The notes under the pieces: model-generated
Database searches by the model: none
What the model was told of the DNA's origin: nothing
Seen by the model: the letters and a program-made list of their open reading frames with translations, nothing else
Made by a program: the position numbers and the translations under genes
Source: Thermoproteota archaeon
GTDB taxonomy: Archaea > Korarchaeota > Korarchaeia > Korarchaeales > Korarchaeaceae
Assembly: GCA_027491915.1 (NCBI GenBank)
Contig: JAOZGC010000002.1
Location: forward strand, 352,001 to 416,000
DNA: 64,000 nucleotides
Reading direction: 5' to 3'
Shown here: positions 16,708 to 25,807 of the stretch, one piece after another
Layout: each line of letters begins with the position of its first letter
Numbering within the stretch: the stretch's first letter is position 1

Positions 16708-17898
16708 TCAGATGAGGCCCAGCTCCCGCGCCACCTCCTCCGCCCTCCCCCCTCCCCCGTACCTGGCCCAGACCGAGCAGGCCCCCTCCTGAGACACCAT
16801 GCACGGCCCGTATGGGGTTCCGGGGGTGCACACCTTCATGAACATGGGGCAGTCGGTCGGCTTGGCCGCCCCCAGGGTCACCTCGGCGCACCTGCATCCG
16901 GGGGGGAGGTCCCTGCTCCAGTCCTCCGGCGAGGGCTCCCTCAGCCCGTACCTCTCCGCCGCGTCCACCCGGGAGAACTCCCGCCTGAACGCCAGGCCGC
17001 TCTCCTCAACGAAGCCTATCCCCCTCCACGCCGAGTCGACCACCTCGCAGCACCTCTCTATCGCCCTCTTGGCGGCCAGGTTTCCCTCCCAGCTGACGAC
17101 CCTGGAGTACTCGTTGACCAGCCTGGGTCTCCCCTCCCTCAGCTGCCTGAGCATCTCGAGGACGGCCAGGACCACGTCCAGGGGCTCGAACCCGGTGACC
17201 ACGGCCGGTATGCCGTAGTCCCTCGGCACGAACTCCCACGCGGCCGCCCCCGTTATCGCCGACACGTGACCCGGGGCTATCACCCCGAGGATGGGCGCCC
17301 CCGGGACCCTCTCGAAGACGTACCTGGTTATCGGCGGGGTGAGCCTGTGGACGTTGATGAAGGTGAGGTTCTCCGGCACCGCACCCCTGGTCACCGGGGA
17401 AGCGGTGGCCGGGGCCGTGGTCTCGAACCCCACGGCCAGGAAGACCGACTCGACGCCGTCTCCCCTCGCCCGCCTCACCGCGTCCATCACGCTGTAGACC
17501 ACCTCGACAGGGGCCCCCTCCGACCTGGCCCTGGCCAGGCTGTCGGTCTCGGTCCCCCTTGGGGTTCCCTGCAGCCTGTAGGCGTCCCCGTAGGTGAGCA
17601 CCCTCACCCCGTCCCTGGCCAGGGAGGCCGCGGCGTCCACGTAGTACCCGGGGGTGATGCAGACCGGGCACCCGGGGCCGGCCACCAGCTCCACCTGCGG
17701 CGGCATCAGGGATCTGAGCCCGAAGTGGGTTATCGTCCACTCGTGGGTCCCGCAGAAGTCCATTATCTTGACCCTGTCGACCCCGGCGGCCTCGGCCGCC
17801 TGGGGGGCCACCTTCCATATCGCCCCCACGACCGACCTGACCTCCTCGGACGACCTGTAGAGCCTCTCGACCCTCTTGATGGGAGACTCCTCCCCCAT
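16708..17898 (-). CDS. hypD: Hydrogenase maturation protein HypD
   Basis: CGTHE, GPGCPVC, GFETT, PGHVS, C-terminal 4Fe-4S Cys (CRC...C...GPCMVSQEGAC). Confidence 0.96.
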   Translation of the reverse strand: MGEESPIKRVERLYRSSEEVRSVVGAIWKVAPQAAEAAGVDRVKIMDFCGTHEWTITHFGLRSLMPPQVELVAGPGCPVCITPGYYVDAAASLARDGVRVLTYGDAYRLQGTPRGTETDSLARARSEGAPVEVVYSVMDAVRRARGDGVESVFLAVGFETTAPATASPVTRGAVPENLTFINVHRLTPPITRYVFERVPGAPILGVIAPGHVSAITGAAAWEFVPRDYGIPAVVTGFEPLDVVLAVLEMLRQLREGRPRLVNEYSRVVSWEGNLAAKRAIERCCEVVDSAWRGIGFVEESGLAFRREFSRVDAAERYGLREPSPEDWSRDLPPGCRCAEVTLGAAKPTDCPMFMKVCTPGTPYGPCMVSQEGACSVWARYGGGGRAEEVARELGLI

Positions 17899-17956
17899 GG
17901 AGATCCCGGGTCCGCGGGGTCAAGGCTTTTAAGGGGTTCCCAGGCCGCCCTCCCCG

Positions 17957-18274
17957 TTGAGCGGGGACGAGGAGGGAGATCCTGTCAGGATCTTGGTGGA
18001 GCTGCTGCGGTCGCTCCAGGACCTATCCAACGAGGTGCGGGATTCCCTGATAAGGGGATTGGAGCTGGACAGGCTGCTGATATACGACTTCCCGGAGCCG
18101 GCCCCCGTGGACGGCAGGGAGGTGGCGTCCGCCGTGCTCCGTTCCCTGGGGGTAGAGCCGAGAGATCTGTCCGATCCACTCTCCGAGCTTCAGGATGCCA
18201 TAGAGGGCGTCCTGAATAGGAAGACCGGCACCCGCCGGGCGGAGGAGGGAGGGGAAGGGAGGGGCGAGGATTGA
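17957..18274 (+). CDS. Hypothetical protein, first gene of the hyp operon
   Basis: TTG about 25 nt after ttttaa; overlaps the next gene; helical and acidic. Confidence 0.55.
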   Translation: MSGDEEGDPVRILVELLRSLQDLSNEVRDSLIRGLELDRLLIYDFPEPAPVDGREVASAVLRSLGVEPRDLSDPLSELQDAIEGVLNRKTGTRRAEEGGEGRGED

Positions 18275-18771
18275 GGATCTTCGTGGGATTCGTGGGCCAA
18301 CCCCTGGCCTCGGACATGGGGGTGCCCCAGAGGGTAATGGAGATCCTGACCCGGAGGTGGGCGGAGGGAGGGGCCCCGGCGGACCTGGACTACGAGGACC
18401 TGAGCACCAACCTGGCGGCCGCCTCCCAGATAGTCGAGGAGTCCGAGCCCGACGCCCTCGTGCTGGTCGCCGCCAAGAGGAGGGGCGGCAGGCCGGGAGA
18501 GATCAGGATCTACGAGCCCGAGGTGGAGATCCCGGACGACCCCTTCGCGGCGAACGACGCCATGAGGGCCTCCCTGGAGGGGAGGGTTGACGTGGACGAC
18601 ATACTGTACGGCCTGAAGGTGCTCGGGGCGTCCCCTCCCAAGATCGTGGTGGTGGAGTGCGAGCCACCGGAGGCGGGACCGGGGATAGGCCTCTCCCGGG
18701 CGGGCGAGGAGTGCGCCTCCAGGATGGCCGAGGCCGTGGCGGGGGTGCTGGAGGGATGGGCCGGGTCCTGA
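18271..18771 (+). CDS. Hydrogenase maturation protease-like protein (divergent)
   Basis: RIFVGFVGQPLASDMG...DALVLVAA...PGEIRIY...VVVECEP...GIGLS (HycI fold). Confidence 0.7.
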   Translation: MRIFVGFVGQPLASDMGVPQRVMEILTRRWAEGGAPADLDYEDLSTNLAAASQIVEESEPDALVLVAAKRRGGRPGEIRIYEPEVEIPDDPFAANDAMRASLEGRVDVDDILYGLKVLGASPPKIVVVECEPPEAGPGIGLSRAGEECASRMAEAVAGVLEGWAGS

Positions 18772-19313
18772 TACTGGGGGTGGGCAACAGGTTGATAGGG
18801 GACGAGGGATTCGGGTCCTACTTCGCGGACGCCCTCTCCAGGTTCGACCTGCCCCCGGGGGTGAGGGCCTTCGACGGGGGGACCGGGGGGATGGCGCTGC
18901 TCCACGAGGCCGAGGGGGAGGACCTGGTGGTCATAGTGGACGCGGTGTCGGAGAGGTACGGCCCGCCCGGGTCGGTGGTCAGGCTCTCCGTGGACAAGGC
19001 GGCGTTCTCCCCGGAGGAGGTGGCCGAGGTTATGGGGGAGATAGACCTGCACCAGTTCGGCCCCGAGATGCTGGTGGCCCTGGGCTCCGTCATGGGGGTG
19101 TTCTCTGGGGACGTCTGCGTGATAGGCGTCGTCCCCAGCCGCCTGGACCTGGGGATGGGGCTGTCCCCCGAGGTTGAGAGGGCGGCCCTCGGGGTCCTGG
19201 AGAAGCTGAGGGAGGTTCTCAGGGAGAGGGGGATAGAGTTGGGGGTAGATCCGGACGACTTCCTGGCGGCCCTCAGGGAGAGCTACGGGATACCCAAGTT
19301 TGGGGGGACGTGA
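18756..19313 (+). CDS. Hydrogenase maturation endopeptidase (HybD/HycI family)
   Basis: LILGVGNRLIGDEGFG, DGGTGG, VVIVDAV, DLHQ, LGMGLSPEV. Confidence 0.92.
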   Translation: MGRVLILGVGNRLIGDEGFGSYFADALSRFDLPPGVRAFDGGTGGMALLHEAEGEDLVVIVDAVSERYGPPGSVVRLSVDKAAFSPEEVAEVMGEIDLHQFGPEMLVALGSVMGVFSGDVCVIGVVPSRLDLGMGLSPEVERAALGVLEKLREVLRERGIELGVDPDDFLAALRESYGIPKFGGT

Positions 19314-19315
19314 CC

Positions 19316-19762
19316 TTGCACGAGTGGTCTCTCGCCCAGGGTCTCGTGGCCTCGCTCCACTCCTTCGCCGAGAGGGAGGGGCTCAGGAGGATAACGCTGG
19401 TCGAGGTGTCGGTCGGGGAGCTCATGGAGCTCGACGTCCCCGTCTTCAGGGACGCCTTCGAGACCCTGACCAGGGGAGGGCCGGCCGACTCCGCCGAGCT
19501 CAGGATAGTGGAGGAGCCCGCCAGGTTCAGGTGCAGGAGGTGCGGGGCCGAGTGGACCTTCGCCGAGGTTGAGGAGCAGATCCACCGGGGTGTGCCGGAG
19601 GACCTAATGGTGAGGGAGCCCGGGGGGGAGCTGGAGTCTCCCCTCCACATATTCCCGGACCTGGTTCCGGCGTTCGTCAGGTGCCCGAGGTGCGGCGGCA
19701 GGGACTTCGAGGTGCTGGCGGGCAGGGACATGAGGGTCTCCAGGTTGGAGGGGGAGAGGTGA
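19316..19762 (+). CDS. hypA: Hydrogenase nickel metallochaperone HypA
   Basis: (M)HEWSLA from TTG at 19316 places His at position 2; CRRC...CPRC zinc site with the Thermococcales-type insertion. Confidence 0.92.
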   Translation: MHEWSLAQGLVASLHSFAEREGLRRITLVEVSVGELMELDVPVFRDAFETLTRGGPADSAELRIVEEPARFRCRRCGAEWTFAEVEEQIHRGVPEDLMVREPGGELESPLHIFPDLVPAFVRCPRCGGRDFEVLAGRDMRVSRLEGER

Positions 19763-20550
19763 TGGACTCCGCTCCCGAGGGACTGGATCCCCTGGTCTCC
19801 CTGCTCGGGGAGAGGCTGGGGAGGATCGGGGAGGTCATACTGGTCGGCAGCGGGAAGGGGGGAGTCGGGAAGAGCCTCGTCTCCAGCTCCCTCGCCCTCG
19901 CCCTCTCGGACGGCGGCTCTCGGGTCGGCCTCCTGGACCTGGACCTGCACGGCCCGGCGGCGGCCAGGCTCATGGGCGTCTCCGGCCCGCTCGAGAGCTG
20001 GAGGGGCGGCGTGAGGCCCGTCGAGTCCATGGGGGTCGAGGTCATGTCCCTCGCCCTCGCCGTGGGGGACCTCCCCGTGCCCGTGTCCGGGGAGGGGAAG
20101 GGCAGGCTCACCCTGGCCCTGATGGCGCTCACCGACTGGGGGGACCTGGACTACCTGGTCGTGGACCTCCCGCCCGGGACCGGGGACGAGGTGATGATCC
20201 CGGTCAGGCACGTCGAATCGGCCAGGGCCCTGGCGGTGACCACCCCCTCCTCCCTGGCCAGGGACGCCGTGAGGAGGCTCCTCGTCCTCTTCAGGGATCA
20301 GGGGGTGGACATCCTCGGCATAGTGGAGAATCAGGCCTACGTGGATTGCGGCGGAGAGGTCGTGAGCCCGCTCGGCAGGTCGTTCGCCGAAGAGCTGGCG
20401 GCCGAGTTCGGGACCAGGGTCCTGGCGCGCATCCCGCTGGACCCCGCCATAGGCCGCGCCGTGGACGAGGGGATCCACCCGCTGAGGCGGTCCGGGGCCC
20501 TGGCCGACGCGGTGGGCGCCGTCGCGGGGGAGGTACTGGGGAGGCGGTGA
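19762..20550 (+). CDS. Mrp/MinD-family ATPase (probable ATPase-type HypB)
   Basis: SGKGGVGKS, LDLDLHGP, LDYLVVDLPPGTGD, GIVEN; located between hypA and hypC. Confidence 0.85.
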   Translation: MDSAPEGLDPLVSLLGERLGRIGEVILVGSGKGGVGKSLVSSSLALALSDGGSRVGLLDLDLHGPAAARLMGVSGPLESWRGGVRPVESMGVEVMSLALAVGDLPVPVSGEGKGRLTLALMALTDWGDLDYLVVDLPPGTGDEVMIPVRHVESARALAVTTPSSLARDAVRRLLVLFRDQGVDILGIVENQAYVDCGGEVVSPLGRSFAEELAAEFGTRVLARIPLDPAIGRAVDEGIHPLRRSGALADAVGAVAGEVLGRR

Positions 20551-20552
20551 AT

Positions 20553-20801
20553 GTGTGCCTCGGGATACCGGGTAGGGTCATAGAGCTGAGCGGCGACGTG
20601 GCGCTGGTGGATTTCCTGGGGATAAGGAGGGAGGTGGACGCCAGCATGGCCGAGGGGATCGGCCCGGGAGACTACGTGGTGGTGCACGCCGGCGTCATAA
20701 TCTCAAAACTCGATCCCGAGGAGGCCGAGAGGACCCTGGACGCCTGGAGGGAGATGGTGGAGTTCCTCTCCTCCGAGGGCGGGGACGGGGGGGATGGGTA
20801 G
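20553..20801 (+). CDS. hypC: Hydrogenase chaperone HypC
   Basis: (M)CLGIPGRV from GTG at 20553; GDYVVVHAG. Confidence 0.95.
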   Translation: MCLGIPGRVIELSGDVALVDFLGIRREVDASMAEGIGPGDYVVVHAGVIISKLDPEEAERTLDAWREMVEFLSSEGGDGGDG

Positions 20802-20831
20802 GGCGGGAGGAGAAGAGGGGGGGAGATCGCC

Positions 20832-21875
20832 TTGAGCCTCGGGACCGGACGGGTCACCCTAGCCCACGGGGCCGGGGGAAGGGAAACCTGGGAGCTCCTC
20901 GACAGGCTGATCCTGTCCAAGCTGGATCCCGGTATGAAGACCGCCCTGGGGGGGATAGGGACCGACGAGCTGGACGACGGGGCCACCCTGGCGTCCGTCG
21001 GGGGACACCTGGTGCTGACCGTCGACGCCTTCACGGTGAGCCCGCCCTTCTTCCCCGGCGGGGACATAGGATCCCTGGCGGCCGCAGGGGCCATAAACGA
21101 CGTGCTGATGATGGGAGGGAGGCCCGTCGCCGTCTTGGACTCGGTAGTGGCCGAGGAGGGCCTCCCCCTGGAAGACCTGGACAGGGTGGTCTCCTCCTTC
21201 CTGCGGGTCCTCAGGTCCGAGGGGGTCAGCCTGATAGGCGGGGACCTGAAGGTCATGCCCCGGGGCCAGGTGGACGGGGTGCTGATAACCGCCGTCGGGG
21301 TCGGGGTCGCCGACCGCCCGATAGTGGACTCTTCCCTCAGGGAGGGGGACGTCCTCATCGTGAGCGGGCCCGTGGGAGAGCACGGCGCCGCCATACTGGC
21401 CGCCCAGAGGGGGATAGGGGTTGAGAGCGAGGAGCTGAGGAGCGACTCCAGGCCCCTGACCGGGCTCATGCTGCCCCTGCTCAGGGAGCACGGAGACGCC
21501 GTCAGGGCCGCCGTGGACCCGACCAGGGGCGGGCTGGCCGGGGTCTTGAACGAGTGGGCCTCCAAGACCGGCCTGACCCTCGTGGTCGACGAGGCCAGGA
21601 TACCGGTCAGGGAGCCCGTCAGGTCCTACGCCGACATGCTGGGGGTCGACCCGCTGACCCTCGCCTGCGAGGGCGTGGCCCTGCTGGGGGTGGATCCGGG
21701 GTCTGCCGACGAGGTGCTGGAGTTCGTCAGGGATCTCGGGTTCCCGCAGGCCTCCGAGATAGGGGAGGTCCGGAGGTCCGAGAGGGGCAGGGGCATGGTG
21801 CTGCTGAGGAGCGAGGCCGGCGGCCTCAGGATACTGGAGGCCCCGTCGGGGGAGATTGTCCCCAGGATCTGCTGA
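20832..21875 (+). CDS. hypE: Carbamoyl dehydratase HypE
   Basis: LAHGAGG, FFPGGDIG, GGDLKV, DPTRGG, C-terminal PRIC. Confidence 0.96.
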   Translation: MSLGTGRVTLAHGAGGRETWELLDRLILSKLDPGMKTALGGIGTDELDDGATLASVGGHLVLTVDAFTVSPPFFPGGDIGSLAAAGAINDVLMMGGRPVAVLDSVVAEEGLPLEDLDRVVSSFLRVLRSEGVSLIGGDLKVMPRGQVDGVLITAVGVGVADRPIVDSSLREGDVLIVSGPVGEHGAAILAAQRGIGVESEELRSDSRPLTGLMLPLLREHGDAVRAAVDPTRGGLAGVLNEWASKTGLTLVVDEARIPVREPVRSYADMLGVDPLTLACEGVALLGVDPGSADEVLEFVRDLGFPQASEIGEVRRSERGRGMVLLRSEAGGLRILEAPSGEIVPRIC

Positions 21876-21903
21876 GTCGGGAGCGTCCGGCGGGAACGGC
21901 CGG

Positions 21904-22809
21904 TCACGATCCGGGATCCTGGGCCGGTCGGCCGCCAGTCCCAGAGTAGAGCTCCCTCCTCCTGGCCTCGAGGAGCTCCTCCGGGACCCCCATGAAGGAG
22001 GCGGCGCTCTCCACCCTCTTCCCCAGGGCCGCCCCGGCGTCCAGGACCCCCCTCACCCTCTCCCTCCAGGCCAGGTCCCTCGTGAGGTGGTGGTCCAGCA
22101 CCAGCGTCTCCACGCGCGTCCCCTCCAGCAGCCGGATCAGGTTCGTCACCGACTCCTCCAGGCTCCTCCTGGAGTACCTGAAGCCCAGCATGTAGGTCAT
22201 CGGGCCGTCGACGACCACCAGGTTGGGGTTGACCTCCAGCATGAACTCCAGCTGGTCGGGAAGGCTCGGCCCCTCCACGTCCGAGCTGAACAGGAAGACC
22301 TCCCCCCCGGACTCGACCGCCACCTCCACGACGTATCCCAGCCTGGGGTTGGTTCCGTGGAAGACGGCCCTGGAGAACCTGACCCTGGTCCCTCCGAACT
22401 CGAAGGTCCTGCCGTCGGCGAACTCCACCCGGTCCACCCTGCCGCCGACCGCCCTCAAGAAGAGGGGGGCCCTCTCCTCCCGCTGGCTCCTGTTTATGTT
22501 CTCTGTGGGATGCTTCGCGAGGAGCACCTTCCCGTCGTACACGTCCAGTGGTATCTTCCCGCCCAGGTCGTGGTGATCGTAGTGGTAGTGGGTCACCACC
22601 ACCACGTCGGCCGACCGGGCCGCCTCGGCGACCTCCGCCGCCTTCTCCCTGAGCCTCTCGACCTCCACCCTGTGGGGGGGGAGGTGGTACCTGGACGGCC
22701 CCAGGGCGACCCCGGGGTCTATCATCACGCTGGCGTCCGGGGTCTGCACCAGGGTGGCCATGCTCCTGACACCCATGGAGTCGAAGGCTATGAGCTCCAC
22801 GTCCAGCAC
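21904..22809 (-). CDS. Metallo-beta-lactamase fold hydrolase (archaeal UPF0282-like)
   Basis: FDSMGVRSMAT, IDPGVALGP.RY.LPPH, THYHYDH, LDHHLTRD. Confidence 0.88.
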   Translation of the reverse strand: MLDVELIAFDSMGVRSMATLVQTPDASVMIDPGVALGPSRYHLPPHRVEVERLREKAAEVAEAARSADVVVVTHYHYDHHDLGGKIPLDVYDGKVLLAKHPTENINRSQREERAPLFLRAVGGRVDRVEFADGRTFEFGGTRVRFSRAVFHGTNPRLGYVVEVAVESGGEVFLFSSDVEGPSLPDQLEFMLEVNPNLVVVDGPMTYMLGFRYSRRSLEESVTNLIRLLEGTRVETLVLDHHLTRDLAWRERVRGVLDAGAALGKRVESAASFMGVPEELLEARRRELYSGTGGRPAQDPGS

Positions 22810-22885
22810 AGGATCCCCCCGATAGATCCGCCTTACCGTTTGCGACCGCCTTTTTATTGGCCTCGGCCCGGATCCGGGGGGACGG

Positions 22886-23431
22886 TTGCCGCGCCGGCGG
22901 GACTCCAGGTTCTTGCAGGGGCTCGCGGTCGGCCTGATCCTCGGCGCCTCCGCGGCCCTGGCGGTACGCCGGCCGCCGGCCGGGGAGGGCGGATGGTCGG
23001 CCAGGGTCTACTTCTGCCCGGAGGACGGCTGCTCCCACGTGGTCATCCGTTGGATAGAGAGGGCCAACGAGAGCGTCGACGTGGCGATGTACTCCTTCAC
23101 GCTGGACTCGATAGGGGAGGCCCTCGTCAGGGCGGCCGAGAGGGGGGTGAGGGTGAGGGTCATCCTGGAGAGGGACCAGGTGAACCAGTACAGCGAGTAC
23201 TCGAGGCTGAGGGACGCCGGCATAGACGTCGTGCTGGACTCGAACGCCCACCTCATGCACGACAAGTTCGCCGTGATCGACGGGAAGGTGGTGCTGACCG
23301 GAAGCTTCAACTGGTCCCTCTCCGCCGACCGGTACAACGACGAGAACCTCCTGATCCTCAGGTCGGGAGATCTCGCCTCGGAGTATGAGTCAGAATTTGA
23401 TGAGATGTGGGCTGGAACGTTCGGCGGGTGA
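22886..23431 (+). CDS. Membrane-anchored phospholipase D-like (Nuc-type) protein
   Basis: N-terminal TM; single HKD motif MHDKFAVID...TGSFNWS..A...NDEN. Confidence 0.88.
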   Translation: MPRRRDSRFLQGLAVGLILGASAALAVRRPPAGEGGWSARVYFCPEDGCSHVVIRWIERANESVDVAMYSFTLDSIGEALVRAAERGVRVRVILERDQVNQYSEYSRLRDAGIDVVLDSNAHLMHDKFAVIDGKVVLTGSFNWSLSADRYNDENLLILRSGDLASEYESEFDEMWAGTFGG

Positions 23432-23488
23432 TCCGGACGGGACGCTCCCCGGGATAGGTTTATCACCTCCCGCCCCCCCGGCCGCCCG

Positions 23489-25804
23489 ATGAGGGGCAAC
23501 CTCGCCGCGCTGGCGCTGGCCGCGCTGGCGGCGGCCGCGGCGCCGGCCGCCGCCTCCGTCTTCCCACATCACCCGGCCGTCCCGGCGGCCTACACCCTGG
23601 TGATACTGCCGTCGGAGTCCCCCAGGGACGGCACCGTCTTCGACAACGCCAGCGTGGACTCCGGCGGGGTCATCGTGGGCGACACCGTTTTGAACAACCA
23701 GGCCGAGGGCTTCCTGAGCTTCGACATATCCATGATCCCGCCCGGGGCCACCATAAACCTGGCCGTCCTGAACCTGAGCGCCCCGCCGGGATCCGTGACC
23801 GGGACCCCCTTCGCCCTGGGCAACCTCCAGGTCTGCAGGCAGGACTACAACACGCTCACCTCGGACGACTTCAGGGCGTCGGTCTGCGCCTCCCCGCTGG
23901 CCTCCCTCCCGGGTCCTGGGACGGTGGACGTGACCTCCTCCCTCCAGTCGGCGGTGAACCAGGGGAAGGGCAGGTACCAGCTCCGGCTCCAGTTCCCCAC
24001 GGCCACCGACTCCGACGGGGCGGCCGACTACGTCTCCTACCCCGACGGCGGGGTGACCCTGAGGGTCAACTACACGGCCCCCTCACCGGGGTTCACCCTG
24101 GTCCTGTCCAAGTCCTCCCTGACCCTGTCCAAGGGGAGCTCCAAGACGCTCACGGTCACCGTCAGCTCCATAGGGTCCTACTCCTGCAACATGTACCTCT
24201 CGGCCTCCTGGACCCCCTACACGCCCTCCGGGATCCAGGCCACGCTCAGCCCGCCGGCCTTCTACCTGGGCCCGGGAGACACGAAGTCGGCGACGCTCAC
24301 GGTCACCGCCTCCCAGACGGCGGAGACGGGGACCTACACACTGTGGGTGACGGCCGGGTGCGGGCTTGACGTGAAGACGGCGTCCGTCTCGGTCAGCGTG
24401 AAGGAGACCTTCGACTTCTGGGTCTGGGCCGACCCCCCGGCGGCGACGGTCAGGCAGGGGGACTCCACCAGCTTCACCATCCACGTGAACTCCACGGGAT
24501 CCCCGAAGAGGGACGTCCAACTCTCCGTCTCCGGGATCCCGCAGGGGACCACCCACTCCCTCAACCCGGCGTCGGCCACCCCGCCCTACTCGGCCACCCT
24601 CACCCTGTCCACCTCGACCTCCACCTCGCCGGGGACCTACTACGTCACGGTGAGCGGGACCGACGGGACCAAGACCAGGAACTGCGTCCTGACCCTGAAC
24701 GTCGAGGCGGTCCCGGACTTCTCCGTCTACGTCACCCCAACCTCGGTCGAGGCTAGCCCGGGCGACCTGATCACCTTCTCGGTCTCGGTGATCCCGGCGA
24801 CGGCCCTCCGGTGGCCCCTGTACTACAGGATATCGGGTCTCCCCGAGGGGTCCTCATACTCCTCCAGGGTGGCCGGGCCGTACACGACGGACTTCGACGT
24901 GTCCGTCGGCGGATCGCCGGGCAACTACACGGTCTGGTTCGTGGTCTCCAGCGACGGCATCACGAGGTGGGCCACGGCCAGGTTGACGGTCTCCGAGGCC
25001 CCCTCCTTCTCGATCTCCGTGTCCCCGGATAGGCTCGAGGCGTCCCCCGGGGGGTCGGCGCGGGCCGTCGTCTCGGTCTCCCCGTCCGGGGGGTACTCGG
25101 GGGCCGTCTCCCTGACGGTGGCCGGGGCCCCGAACTACGTCTCCTGGAGCCTGGACCCGAGCTCCGGGGAGCCCCCCTTCTCGGCGGAGCTGTCCCTCCA
25201 CGTCAACCGGTCGGCGACCCCCGGGGAACTCAACCTGTCGGTCGTGGCGGTCGGGGAGGGCGGCAGGGTCGAGACAGGCCACCTGACGCTCTCCGTGGGG
25301 GCGGCCCCCGGGTTCTCGTTCGGCGTCCAGGTCTACCCCGAGAACCTTACGCTGGGAGCCGGGGAGTCGGCCACGGTCGAGATCTACGTGTCGACCCTGT
25401 CCGGGGAGCCCTCTCCCGTGAACATCAGGGTCCTCGGGATCCCCCCCTCGGTGTCGTACCAGCTCTCCCCCTCCTCCCTCACGCCGGACGGGCGGGCCGA
25501 GCTGACCCTCTCGGCGGGGCCCCAACCCCAGGGGGGCGACTACCCGGTGGTGGTGCTGGTCAGCTCGGACGGGTACTCCTCGGCGGCCCAGCTGTCGCTG
25601 CGGCTGCTCGGCGGCCAGGCGGCCCCTACACCTCCCCCGTCCCCCCCGAGCCAACCCCAGGTTCCCCTGCCCCTGGGGACCGGCGAGATCCTCATGATCG
25701 GGGCCATAGTCGTGGGGGTCCTGCTGGCCGTGACCGGGGCGATGAGCTACCTCAGGAGGAGGTCAGCCGCGGCGGTCCCGGCCGCCGCGGCGCCGGGGGG
25801 ATGA
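23489..25804 (+). CDS. Secreted cell-surface protein with DNRLRE-like domain and tandem Ig-like repeats, C-terminal TM anchor
   Basis: Signal peptide; FLSFDISMIPPGATINLAVLNL; about 5 Ser/Thr-rich ~100-aa repeats (F.I.V.P...G.S....V.V...PG.Y.V.V); Pro linker, TM and RRR tail. Confidence 0.75.
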   Translation: MRGNLAALALAALAAAAAPAAASVFPHHPAVPAAYTLVILPSESPRDGTVFDNASVDSGGVIVGDTVLNNQAEGFLSFDISMIPPGATINLAVLNLSAPPGSVTGTPFALGNLQVCRQDYNTLTSDDFRASVCASPLASLPGPGTVDVTSSLQSAVNQGKGRYQLRLQFPTATDSDGAADYVSYPDGGVTLRVNYTAPSPGFTLVLSKSSLTLSKGSSKTLTVTVSSIGSYSCNMYLSASWTPYTPSGIQATLSPPAFYLGPGDTKSATLTVTASQTAETGTYTLWVTAGCGLDVKTASVSVSVKETFDFWVWADPPAATVRQGDSTSFTIHVNSTGSPKRDVQLSVSGIPQGTTHSLNPASATPPYSATLTLSTSTSTSPGTYYVTVSGTDGTKTRNCVLTLNVEAVPDFSVYVTPTSVEASPGDLITFSVSVIPATALRWPLYYRISGLPEGSSYSSRVAGPYTTDFDVSVGGSPGNYTVWFVVSSDGITRWATARLTVSEAPSFSISVSPDRLEASPGGSARAVVSVSPSGGYSGAVSLTVAGAPNYVSWSLDPSSGEPPFSAELSLHVNRSATPGELNLSVVAVGEGGRVETGHLTLSVGAAPGFSFGVQVYPENLTLGAGESATVEIYVSTLSGEPSPVNIRVLGIPPSVSYQLSPSSLTPDGRAELTLSAGPQPQGGDYPVVVLVSSDGYSSAAQLSLRLLGGQAAPTPPPSPPSQPQVPLPLGTGEILMIGAIVVGVLLAVTGAMSYLRRRSAAAVPAAAAPGG

Positions 25805-25807
25805 GGA

